The notes under the pieces are model-generated. The model worked only from the letters and a program-made list of their open reading frames with translations, was not told the DNA's origin and did not search any database. Source: a virus. Taken from it: 64,000 bases of DNA. Positions 56,182-64,000 of this stretch are shown here, in pieces; position 1 is the first letter of the stretch; each line of letters begins with the position of its first letter. Location: the IMG/VR virus record IMGVR_UViG_3300036832_000367, positions 3,025 through 67,024 of that record. One strand, given 5' to 3'. Both the position numbers and the translations under genes were made by a program.

Positions 56182-57273
56182 GTGATGACCGATACCGAGC
56201 GGGACAAGTTGGCGGATGAGATAGCGCAGCGACTTGAGCGAGCCGCCATTTGCAAACCGCGCCGCGACGAGGAAGGGGAGTTCGACCCATTCGTCACCAT
56301 TGATCTGGATTTGAAAGATCGCGATTTCATCGTCGCCGCTCTCCGCTCTCGCGCCCCGCAGGATGCGGAAGTGGCGGTAGTCCTCAAAGGGCTACTGTTT
56401 TATGCGGACGGAAGCAAACTATCGCCAAAGGGCAACTTTGCGCAAGACCTTCGCGTGCTAAGGGATCGAACTTTCGCCATCATCGAACGACTTGAAGCAT
56501 CACGTACACCCGCCCCCTCACAGGAGCCGGTGGCTGAACGTATCAGTTTTCCGCGATGGTGGATTCAACAGGCATGCGACCAACTTTTTGCAATGAAAAA
56601 ACTTCCGTCCGGCGCGTTGGGGGATTGGGCTTTTGAATTTCGCGAGCAACTAAAAGACGCCCTCGAAAAACCGGCTGCCACCCACCCTCTAGTGAGGAGG
56701 GAGAAGATTGCGGAAATCGTCTATAACGCGCGCCGCGACTGGATCGTCCAACCAAAGCAGCCGTTCAAGGAGAACGCAAGTAAGACAGAACAAGAATACT
56801 GCTTCCGCATCGCTGACGCCATCCTCGCCCTACAGCCCACGCCCGCCGCACCGCCGGTAGTGGGGAGGGAGGCCCTTGAACGTGCGCTGAGCGTCTCTGG
56901 CGTCTGCGACGACGCAGGATGGAAACCGTCGCATCTCGCAGATCGGATAATGGCCGCCCTACTAGCCCACGGAGGGGAAGTGATGGCCACCGAACCAGCC
57001 GCAGCCGCCGAGATCGCAGACCTTGTGGAGAAATTGAAATGGTTGAGCAAACTTGACCAGACCGACGAAAACTTTGGCTGCATTCCGCCGAGATATTTGT
57101 CGCGCGCCGCCGACATCATCGAACGGCTCAAGACCGAACTTGCAGCCGCAGAAAAACGAAACGCTGCAATGCGTGAGTTGCTGTCTCTGGATGAGTTGAA
57201 AATGATGGATCACCTCCAAGCCGAGATCGAACGCCTCGCAGGGCAGGAGGGAAGTCATGATGGAAAAATTTGA
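56182..57273 (+). CDS. Mosaic hypothetical protein (Ead/Ea22-like modules)
   Basis: Short helical modules joined by P/A linkers; ADAILAL, RAADIIERL. Confidence 0.6.
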   Translation: MMTDTERDKLADEIAQRLERAAICKPRRDEEGEFDPFVTIDLDLKDRDFIVAALRSRAPQDAEVAVVLKGLLFYADGSKLSPKGNFAQDLRVLRDRTFAIIERLEASRTPAPSQEPVAERISFPRWWIQQACDQLFAMKKLPSGALGDWAFEFREQLKDALEKPAATHPLVRREKIAEIVYNARRDWIVQPKQPFKENASKTEQEYCFRIADAILALQPTPAAPPVVGREALERALSVSGVCDDAGWKPSHLADRIMAALLAHGGEVMATEPAAAAEIADLVEKLKWLSKLDQTDENFGCIPPRYLSRAADIIERLKTELAAAEKRNAAMRELLSLDELKMMDHLQAEIERLAGQEGSHDGKI

Positions 57274-57487
57274 GGGAAAGTGTGTCGGCGGCCCGCATGA
57301 TGGAATGATGCTGGCGCATTGGTCAAAGTCGAAAGAATTTTTTAGCCCGATGACTCCATACCTTTCGCAAGCAATCATTCCCGTCAAAATTGGAGAGTAT
57401 CGGCTGAACGATTTTGAACAGTGGCACTGGTTCGAAACCGAAGAAGGGAAAGCGATGGAACGCCTCGCAGGGCGCAGGTGGAAGTGA
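57257..57487 (+). CDS. Hypothetical protein
   Basis: CVGGPHDG motif; SD GGAGG. Confidence 0.6.
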   Translation: MMEKFEGKCVGGPHDGMMLAHWSKSKEFFSPMTPYLSQAIIPVKIGEYRLNDFEQWHWFETEEGKAMERLAGRRWK

Positions 57488-57490
57488 GGC

Positions 57491-57676
57491 ATGAGTGGCG
57501 TCAGAAAGAGCGATCATCCCGAGCGACGCAAGCTGGCGATCATGCGCCGGTACGACACTGAATCGGGTGCCACGCACAACATTGGCGGTGTCAAAAAACG
57601 AAAACAGCGCAACAAGCCGTCCCTGCCAAAGATGCCGTGGGAAGACGCAGCCGCCAAGCCCACGAAGGAGAAGTGA
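57491..57676 (+). CDS. Basic hypothetical protein
   Basis: PSLPKMPWE; SD GAGG. Confidence 0.55.
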   Translation: MSGVRKSDHPERRKLAIMRRYDTESGATHNIGGVKKRKQRNKPSLPKMPWEDAAAKPTKEK

Positions 57677-57886
57677 TGCTAAAAGTTATGACGACCTATG
57701 GATGCTCGGTTTGCGGTCGCGCTGACTGGGATTGCGGCAAGGCAGATTGTCCCAACATGCCGAGAACCAAGCCCATGGAAAATTAAATTGGGATGCGTGG
57801 TTGTGATCGTCCTACTGGCGTGTGCCGTCATCGTGCTGGCCAATGCGAAACCGCAACATCTCTGACTTTGAAAACGGGGCGTCGCC

Positions 57887-58108
57887 ATGAACTACCGCAT
57901 CACCTATCGCGCGCCGCCGAACTGCCAGCATCTCGACAACCATCGCAACTGCAAGATTTTTCACGACCAGTGGCCCATCCTGAAATATTTCGGGATCAGG
58001 CCGGGCTGCGTGCTGGACCAGTTGCCGCCACGCGACGGCGCATGGACCTGTAGCGAGCAGAAGCGATGGCCACGCCCGAAACCGCCGCCACCCTTCAGAC
58101 CGAAATAA
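57887..58108 (+). CDS. Hypothetical protein
   Basis: Cys-containing small ORF. Confidence 0.45.
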   Translation: MNYRITYRAPPNCQHLDNHRNCKIFHDQWPILKYFGIRPGCVLDQLPPRDGAWTCSEQKRWPRPKPPPPFRPK

Positions 58109-58118
58109 CGGAGCGGCC

Positions 58119-59135
58119 TTGATCGTTCGGCTAACCCAGATCGACGGCAAGCTGCCAAACCTTGCCCTGATGAAGCTGGCGCACTGGCACAAGGCGCGCG
58201 GCGATGAAGTGCATTTCACCAAGCACATTGAGCACGACTTTCTAGAACCCGATTACGATCAGGTCTATGGCTCGGCGATTTTTTCGTTCTCGCGCGACAG
58301 GGTCGAGCGGTTTCGTGATGAGTTTCCCGATGCCATCGTCGGCGGCACGCACGATGTTGCCGACAACCGGACCATTGAGCAACTGATCGGCGTCGACGAG
58401 TACGAGCATTACGATTATTCGATCTATCCAAACTTCGATGGCTCCATCGGCTTCACGCAGCGCGGTTGTCGGCTGAAATGCGGGTTCTGCGTGGTGCCGA
58501 AAAAGGAAGGCAAGCCGCGCTCGATCAACAGCATCGGCTCGATCTGGCGCGGCGAGCCATGGCCGAAGCATCTGCATTTGCTGGACAACGATTTTTTCGG
58601 ACAGCCGCGCGAGCAGTGGCAAGCAAGGCTGGATGAAATCCGTTGCGGCGGGTTCAAGGTCTGTCTCAACCAAGGCATCAACATTCGCATGGTCGACGAG
58701 GAATCGGCGGCCGGGCTAGCCTCGATTCCGTATTACGACGACGGCTTCAAAATCCGGCGACTGTACACCGCTTGGGATAACCTCAAGGACGAGGGCCGGT
58801 TCATGGCCGGGGTCGACACGCTGCAACGTCACGGCATTCCGCCGACGCATCTGCTGGTCTATATGCTGGTCGGCTATGACAACAGCGAAACATGGGAGCG
58901 GCTGTTCTATCGCTTCAACAAAATGGTCGCGCGCGGCATCAGACCGTATCCGATGGTTTTTGGAGATCGTGAACGAACGCTGCCGCTCGGCGGATTCAAT
59001 CAGCGGATAGCGCACCGGACCTTGAGCGAATTCCAGCGCTGGGTCATCCGCAAAAGCTACACGTTCATTCCGTTCGAATTTTACGACGTCAACGCCAAGG
59101 GCCGGGGCAATCCGGATCAGCATTGCCTGTTTTAG
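58119..59135 (+). CDS. Radical SAM-family protein
   Basis: RGCRLKCGFC (CxxxCxxC), LLDND, PNLALMKL. Confidence 0.85.
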   Translation: MIVRLTQIDGKLPNLALMKLAHWHKARGDEVHFTKHIEHDFLEPDYDQVYGSAIFSFSRDRVERFRDEFPDAIVGGTHDVADNRTIEQLIGVDEYEHYDYSIYPNFDGSIGFTQRGCRLKCGFCVVPKKEGKPRSINSIGSIWRGEPWPKHLHLLDNDFFGQPREQWQARLDEIRCGGFKVCLNQGINIRMVDEESAAGLASIPYYDDGFKIRRLYTAWDNLKDEGRFMAGVDTLQRHGIPPTHLLVYMLVGYDNSETWERLFYRFNKMVARGIRPYPMVFGDRERTLPLGGFNQRIAHRTLSEFQRWVIRKSYTFIPFEFYDVNAKGRGNPDQHCLF

Positions 59136-59151
59136 AAAACGGAGGTCGAAA

Positions 59152-59409
59152 GTGTTGAGGATCATTGGCAAAATGACAAAAGACTGTCCGCGCGAGGATT
59201 GCTCGATCCAGTCGGGCATCAGCACAATGACGTGCATGGGGTGGACGCCGACTTACGACAAGAGCGGCAATCGTACCGATCGCGGCGATCCGAACATCGA
59301 AGCGACGGCTTACAGGTGCGCAAAGTGCGGCGACGAATGGACGGTCAGAACGCAGTACGGGGTGTCGGTTGTCAGCCGTCGAAAAATAGCTGTGGAGCGG
59401 CGTGAATAG
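59152..59409 (+). CDS. Zn-ribbon hypothetical protein
   Basis: CPREDC..CAKC; SD GGAGG. Confidence 0.6.
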   Translation: MLRIIGKMTKDCPREDCSIQSGISTMTCMGWTPTYDKSGNRTDRGDPNIEATAYRCAKCGDEWTVRTQYGVSVVSRRKIAVERRE

Positions 59410-59421
59410 CTTCAGCCGGTG

Positions 59422-59484
59422 GTCATGATTCGTTCGTCATGATTCGTTCGTCATGATTCGTTCGTCATGATTCGTTCGTCATGA
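59422..59484. repeat. Perfect 14-bp tandem repeat x4.5 (GTCATGATTCGTTC)
   Basis: Direct reading; intergenic, upstream of the helicase gene. Confidence 0.92.
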
Positions 59485-59621
59485 ACGAAGTGGGAAGATC
59501 GCAAGCGCAGGTGTGACGGCCCGCGCGACCCACCACATCTTGCGGCATTGACGCCGTCAAAATCCGTGTCGCAATTGCCGTTTAGCGATTCGAATCCCCC
59601 TCCTTATTCCCCCGGTGCCGA

Positions 59622-61172
59622 ATGTTCGACCCTGCCGAAGCCTTGGGAGAGTTTACCGATGGCTTCACCAGCTTGCGCCGAACCCTCGCACTGACCCCGG
59701 AACCGGAGCGCTGGAACGTGTTCTGCCTGCTGGCGCGCGAGGCGTCAGGCTACGTCGCCATTGGCTGCGACAAGGTCGCGGCGATGGACACCATGCTGGA
59801 CATCGCCTTGGCTCATGGCCTGATCGAGTTGCAGGGCAGCGAGGAAGTCGAGGCCACGCTAACCGAAATTTTCGAGCGGCGCGACGCCGAGCCAGAATAT
59901 CCGAACGGCAACGGCAAAACCGAGTGGGTCTGGCCGGACGTTTCGCCGGTCGGACCAGCCATCCCGATCATCAACCCGTTTCCCATCGTCTTGAGCGAGC
60001 TACCACGGCGGCCGTGGATGATCCCCGGCCTGTTGCTGCGCCGACAGGTGACGTTACTGGTGGCACCGCCGGGCTCGGGCAAAAGCCTGTTGACGTTGCA
60101 GCTTGCCATTGTGGTTTGCGCCGGAGTTCCCGAGTGGGGCGGCTGGCGACCGCGCGGCAAATACCGGGTGCTGGTGATCAACGTCGAGGAAGATCAGGAC
60201 GAGATGCGCCGCAGGTTAGGCGCGGCGGCCAAGGTCATGAGCATCGAGCAGGACGATCTCGGCTGGCTGTATCTGGCCAAGACCGATTCCATCGTGGTGG
60301 CGCGCGCCGACAGCCGGACCAAGACCGTGGTGGCAACCCCGATGCTCGGCGAGATCGAGCGGGTGATCGCCGAAAACCAGATCGATATCGTGATCGTCGA
60401 TCCGTTCGCCGAGACTTTTGCGGGCGACGAAAACTCCAACTCAGAACTGAAATGGGCGGCGATCCTGTGGCGCGACGTGGCGCGGCGCTGCGATTGCAGT
60501 GTGATGCTGATCCACCATGCCAAGAAATACTCGTCGGGCATGGCGGGCGATCCCGATGCCGGACGTGGTGCCGGAGCGCTGACCGGTGTTGCCCGGATCG
60601 TTGCGACGCTGTTCAACATGACCGAGGGCGAAGCGAGCGGCTTTGCCGATCAAAAAATGGCCGATGGCACGCCGTTCGATCCGGAGCAGCGCAACCGCTA
60701 CATCCGGTTCGACGACGCCAAGGCAAACCAGTCATTGGTCTCGATCAAGGCAAAATGGTTCTACAAGACATCGATCAGTCTGGACAACGCGGGCGACGGC
60801 GAGCCAGCCGACGAGGTCGGGGTTTTAATCCCGTGGCAGCCGCCGTCGATCTTCGGCCGGATGGATATCGCGCAAGCCAACTCGATTCTGGACATGATCG
60901 CGCGCGGCTTTATTAAAGATGACGGCTCGCCGAGCGGCGATCCCTTCACGATGGCCAAGCAGAGCGGCAACCGCTGGGTTGGGACGCCGATCGCAAGCGT
61001 CCTGCAATGCGACGACAAGGACGCCGCCGTGGTGCTGAAGAAATGGATCGGCGAAGGCGTGATCGATGTGCGCAAGGCGGTGACCAGTATCAGCAAGGGC
61101 AAGGAACGTGACTGCGCGTTTGTCAATAATTCCAAGCGGCCGGGTATGGTGACGGACGAGGTGATGCTGTGA
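59622..61172 (+). CDS. RecA-fold replicative helicase (AAA_25/RepA-like)
   Basis: APPGSGKS, VINVEE, VIVDPF, LIHH, GRGAGAL. Confidence 0.88.
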   Translation: MFDPAEALGEFTDGFTSLRRTLALTPEPERWNVFCLLAREASGYVAIGCDKVAAMDTMLDIALAHGLIELQGSEEVEATLTEIFERRDAEPEYPNGNGKTEWVWPDVSPVGPAIPIINPFPIVLSELPRRPWMIPGLLLRRQVTLLVAPPGSGKSLLTLQLAIVVCAGVPEWGGWRPRGKYRVLVINVEEDQDEMRRRLGAAAKVMSIEQDDLGWLYLAKTDSIVVARADSRTKTVVATPMLGEIERVIAENQIDIVIVDPFAETFAGDENSNSELKWAAILWRDVARRCDCSVMLIHHAKKYSSGMAGDPDAGRGAGALTGVARIVATLFNMTEGEASGFADQKMADGTPFDPEQRNRYIRFDDAKANQSLVSIKAKWFYKTSISLDNAGDGEPADEVGVLIPWQPPSIFGRMDIAQANSILDMIARGFIKDDGSPSGDPFTMAKQSGNRWVGTPIASVLQCDDKDAAVVLKKWIGEGVIDVRKAVTSISKGKERDCAFVNNSKRPGMVTDEVML

Positions 61173-61235
61173 TGGCTTGATTGAGGATAGGCAAAATGTC
61201 AGTCTGGCCTTTGAAAAGAAAGATGAGGGTGAAAG

Positions 61236-62141
61236 ATGGACGCTCCGGTAGTGATCGAGGTGGTAACCAACGAAAGCATTTTTCACGCCGAACAGGCTGA
61301 AGCTATCCGCGTCCTTGGCAAGCGAGCCGTCCGCGACATCATTGAGATTGGCGCGCGATTGACGATGGTAAAGGAAGGCGATTCGGATCGCGGCATCAAG
61401 CCCATTGGTCATGGCAACTGGCTGCCGTGGCTTGATCGCGAGTTCGGGTGGAACATCAAGACAGCGGAACGCTTCATCAGCGTCTATGGAATGTCAAAAA
61501 CCAAAATCGACAATTTGTCGAATTTGGAAATCGGCGTCTCAGCCCTCTACATGCTTGCCGCGCCGTCGACGCCTGCCGAGGTGCAGGCCGTTGTCATCGA
61601 GAAGGTCGAGCGAGGTGAACATCTCACCACGAAGCAGATCAAGGAGATGATTGCTGACGTCACCAAGAAACAGAAGGAGGAAATGACCGACAAGCTGAAG
61701 GCGCAGCGTGACGCCGATCTCGAAAAGGCGGAAGGCAGGATCGCGAGGCTGCAAGAACAGTTTGATGCGCGCGAAAAGAAAATTCGCAAGGAATACGATG
61801 GATTACTCTCGCTGGAAGAAGTCGAGGCCCAAATCGAAAAATCGATCGCGCCACTAAAAAAGAAACTAGAGCGGGCCGAAGAATTGGCCGAGCGGCTGAA
61901 AAAGCCGCCACCAAAAAAGGCCGACAAGCGTGGTATCGAGAGCGTCGGCGTGGCATATGCATTAGGACATTTTGTCGAAAGCTGCCTGAAGGTCACCCCG
62001 GAAAATGTCATAGAACATCAGCGCTTTGTCACCGAAGCGACTGGACAGACAATGAAGGCCGGATTGTCCGATAAGATTGCGAATGCCAAGCGCGCTGTCG
62101 CTTGGTTGGAAAAGTTCATCGAGGCAACATCGGGGATTTGA
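61236..62141 (+). CDS. DUF3102-domain protein
   Basis: IIEIGARL..K..GHGNWLPWL..FGWNIKTAERF. Confidence 0.8.
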   Translation: MDAPVVIEVVTNESIFHAEQAEAIRVLGKRAVRDIIEIGARLTMVKEGDSDRGIKPIGHGNWLPWLDREFGWNIKTAERFISVYGMSKTKIDNLSNLEIGVSALYMLAAPSTPAEVQAVVIEKVERGEHLTTKQIKEMIADVTKKQKEEMTDKLKAQRDADLEKAEGRIARLQEQFDAREKKIRKEYDGLLSLEEVEAQIEKSIAPLKKKLERAEELAERLKKPPPKKADKRGIESVGVAYALGHFVESCLKVTPENVIEHQRFVTEATGQTMKAGLSDKIANAKRAVAWLEKFIEATSGI

Positions 62142-62142
62142 G

Positions 62143-62658
62143 ATGACGAAACCTGCAAACCCGCTTTCGCTGGTCAAAAAAATAATCATGGATGCTTCAC
62201 GGCGCATCTACAATATTCGTGGCGTAACAGCCAAGCAGGATCATATCGAAGAACTCTATACAGATGTCGTTGTCGGTCGGGCTGGCGGCGATCTGGTGCT
62301 GTCACCCGCGATCCAGAAGGCGTTGTGGTGCTATTTCATAGACGACCTCGTCGCTAACCGTTTTGAGCAACGGCGCGAACTCGATATCGCCGAGCCTGAT
62401 CTTTTCGAAGACTTTGAATACAAATTCTCAATTCCAAGCGAAACCGGCAAGGGGCGCGTTTTGATTGCGCTTGGCGACATTGGTCTCCCGGAGATGCAGG
62501 TAATTACAAAATTAAAGGACGCCAACATCGAAGCGGCGACCGCCGAGCGGGAGCGCTGGGGTGAAGCCTGCGCCCTCGTCGAGCCACTATTGCGCAAATA
62601 CCCGGATTGGAAGTGGGCCGATGCCGTGCGCTTCTTGAAGGAAAGTGGCGCGGTCTGA
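62143..62658 (+). CDS. Hypothetical protein
   Basis: Operonic with the DUF3102 gene. Confidence 0.65.
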   Translation: MTKPANPLSLVKKIIMDASRRIYNIRGVTAKQDHIEELYTDVVVGRAGGDLVLSPAIQKALWCYFIDDLVANRFEQRRELDIAEPDLFEDFEYKFSIPSETGKGRVLIALGDIGLPEMQVITKLKDANIEAATAERERWGEACALVEPLLRKYPDWKWADAVRFLKESGAV

Positions 62659-62696
62659 AGCGAAAATTACACCGCGCTACCGCACCGCAATAAATC

Positions 62697-62871
62697 TCCG
62701 CCTTCTCAAACTATAGAAAGCGGAGAACGTGCAAGAAGGTATCATGGTGGTTCCGCCTTCTTTGACCCGGACCTATAGGTCTAGGGAGAAAGCGGAAGGC
62801 TCCGCCTTCTCTCCCTAGCCCTTCGCGGAGAACGTGCGAGCGTTCCCGCGAGCCATAGGTCCGGGGTCAAA
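62697..62871. repeat. Nested inverted/direct repeat cluster (candidate origin or structured RNA)
   Basis: TCCGCYTTCT x5 in alternating orientation; GCGGAGAACGTGC x2; outer inverted repeat 62761-62776/62855-62871. Confidence 0.7.
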
Positions 62872-62928
62872 TTCAGGCTCCCTTGTGGCGGCTCTTTTTG
62901 CAATGCAATAACGGCGAAATGGAACCCG

Positions 62929-63090
62929 ATGACAACCCCTCAAAAAATACCACCGCCTTCATTGGAAGACCTCGTCCAAAAATACGGCGGTTGGGATCGC
63001 GTCCCGCCAGAGGCTTGGAAAAAGTACGAGGCCGAGCGGAAAGCTTGGCAGGACCGGATCAGGTTCGGCGAGCACTGGGTGAAATCCTGA
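62929..63090 (+). CDS. Small hypothetical protein (53 aa)
   Basis: MTTPQKIPPPSLEDLVQKYGGWDRVPPEAWKKY...; below the ORF-track cutoff. Confidence 0.6.
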   Translation: MTTPQKIPPPSLEDLVQKYGGWDRVPPEAWKKYEAERKAWQDRIRFGEHWVKS

Positions 63091-63237
63091 TTTGCGGTCG
63101 CTGCACATACAAGATAAGCCTAACCGGACACACTGAGTCGGTCGGTCGGCGGCCTTTCTCCCGTTCGATGATCTGCCCGAGCTACAAGCGGGCTCAAGGT
63201 CCGATCTTCCCCGGCCTTGTCCGAAGGCAGCGCCGAG

Positions 63238-63723
63238 ATGTCATGGTACGCCGTGCAAGCTTTGACGGGTCAGGAACGATCCGCCATCGCGTGGATGCAA
63301 CAGCGCTTTGACATCGAAACACTTCTGCCACTCACCCGACAACGCAAACGCAGGCTTTGCCAAAACCGCTACGTGGTCCGCTGGATCGAGCGACCCTATT
63401 TTCCGGGTTATTTTTTTGTGCATCGCCCTAGTGATTTCCGCGCCGTCAACGATACGCCCGGCGTGATCCGGATACTCGGTGCCGATCAACCGTTGCCCGT
63501 GCAGGAAGATTTTATTTCAAGATTGCGTGCCGCAATGAACGGACATGGCGTTGTAGGAACGGCAATGCTGCGTGCGGGAATGCAGGCACACCTGATCGAC
63601 AGCCTGTTGGGCAATCACTCGGTAGAGATTGTGCAAGACGTCGGTCGACGCGTGCATGTCATGATGGAAATACTGGGTGCAATCCGCACAGTGAACGTGC
63701 GCGCTGAGAATGTAGAAGTGTAG
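63238..63723 (+). CDS. NusG-family transcription antitermination factor
   Basis: WYAVQ..GQE, PYFPGYFFV, TPGVIRIL (NGN) and KOW-like C-terminus. Confidence 0.85.
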   Translation: MSWYAVQALTGQERSAIAWMQQRFDIETLLPLTRQRKRRLCQNRYVVRWIERPYFPGYFFVHRPSDFRAVNDTPGVIRILGADQPLPVQEDFISRLRAAMNGHGVVGTAMLRAGMQAHLIDSLLGNHSVEIVQDVGRRVHVMMEILGAIRTVNVRAENVEV

Positions 63724-64000
63724 TGGGTAGTGTTTACGATAAGCGTTCGTGGCGGCGACGGGCTGCGCTACAACGCAAGCAAGAGCCACTGTGCAAGATG
63801 TGCTTGGATAACGGCGTGCTTACGCTTGCTGAAGTAGCAGACCACGTCGTGCCACATCGGTTTGATGCAGCGCTATTTGCAGGCAAGCTACAGTCACTAT
63901 GTCACTACCACCACAACGCATCCAAGCAGCAGATCGAGGTGCGTGGGTTCTCTAGTGAGATAGGTGCAGACGGTTGGCCTATAGACGACAGACATCCAGT
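63723..64000 (+). CDS. HNH endonuclease (HK97 gp74-like), 3'-truncated
   Basis: Translated by hand: ..EPLCKMC..ADHVVPH..LQSLCHYHHN..GADGWP. Confidence 0.85.
   Translation, partial: MGSVYDKRSWRRRAALQRKQEPLCKMCLDNGVLTLAEVADHVVPHRFDAALFAGKLQSLCHYHHNASKQQIEVRGFSSEIGADGWPIDDRHP

Larger units (their letters stand above)
1..64000. mobile_element. Siphovirus-type phage genome (near complete), probable alphaproteobacterial host
   Basis: Portal, HK97 protease-capsid, head-tail, tail tube, tape measure, tail tip, endolysin, RecT/YqaJ, helicase and HNH genes; no host housekeeping genes. Confidence 0.97.

Noticed and set aside
59615-60916. 433-aa R/G-rich ORF
   Set aside because: Off-frame shadow of the helicase gene.
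1-64000. tRNA/rRNA genes, integrase, terminase, DNA polymerase
   Set aside because: No recognisable motifs seen by eye; a tRNAscan or HMM run would be needed to exclude them formally.

Overview
The whole window is a tailed dsDNA phage genome or a nearly complete one: an HK97-type, lambda-like siphovirus. A phage-borne GcrA, a GTA-like tail module and a NusG-type late regulator point to an alphaproteobacterial (probably Hyphomicrobiales) host. Layout: 1-31.4 kb is + strand morphogenesis and lysis (fibre/repeat proteins, a multidomain toxin-like protein, protease-capsid fusion, GT/MTase pair, portal, head-tail, tail, endolysin). 31.5-50 kb is mostly - strand early and recombination genes (RNAP alpha-CTD-like protein, GcrA, RecT/YqaJ, Cro-like, VRR-NUC, MTase, AAA ATPase). 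50.3-64 kb is + strand early/replication genes, ending in NusG-like and HNH genes; the terminase presumably lies just outside the window. I found no integrase, CI-type repressor, tRNA or CRISPR array. Most notable: (i) a conserved, covarying multi-hairpin element repeated 7 times between the small genes of the leftward early operon (45.2-50.0 kb), which gives a cassette-like array fed by mirror-image divergent promoters; (ii) a polyvalent GNAT-like/ParB/RelA-SpoT protein with repeated FNPNHDPKDGQF motifs, a nested out-of-frame gene and a downstream candidate antitoxin; (iii) a stand-alone RNAP alpha-CTD-like protein; (iv) a degenerate LAGLIDADG gene hidden out of frame inside another gene. All product calls come from motif recognition by eye, not from database searches.
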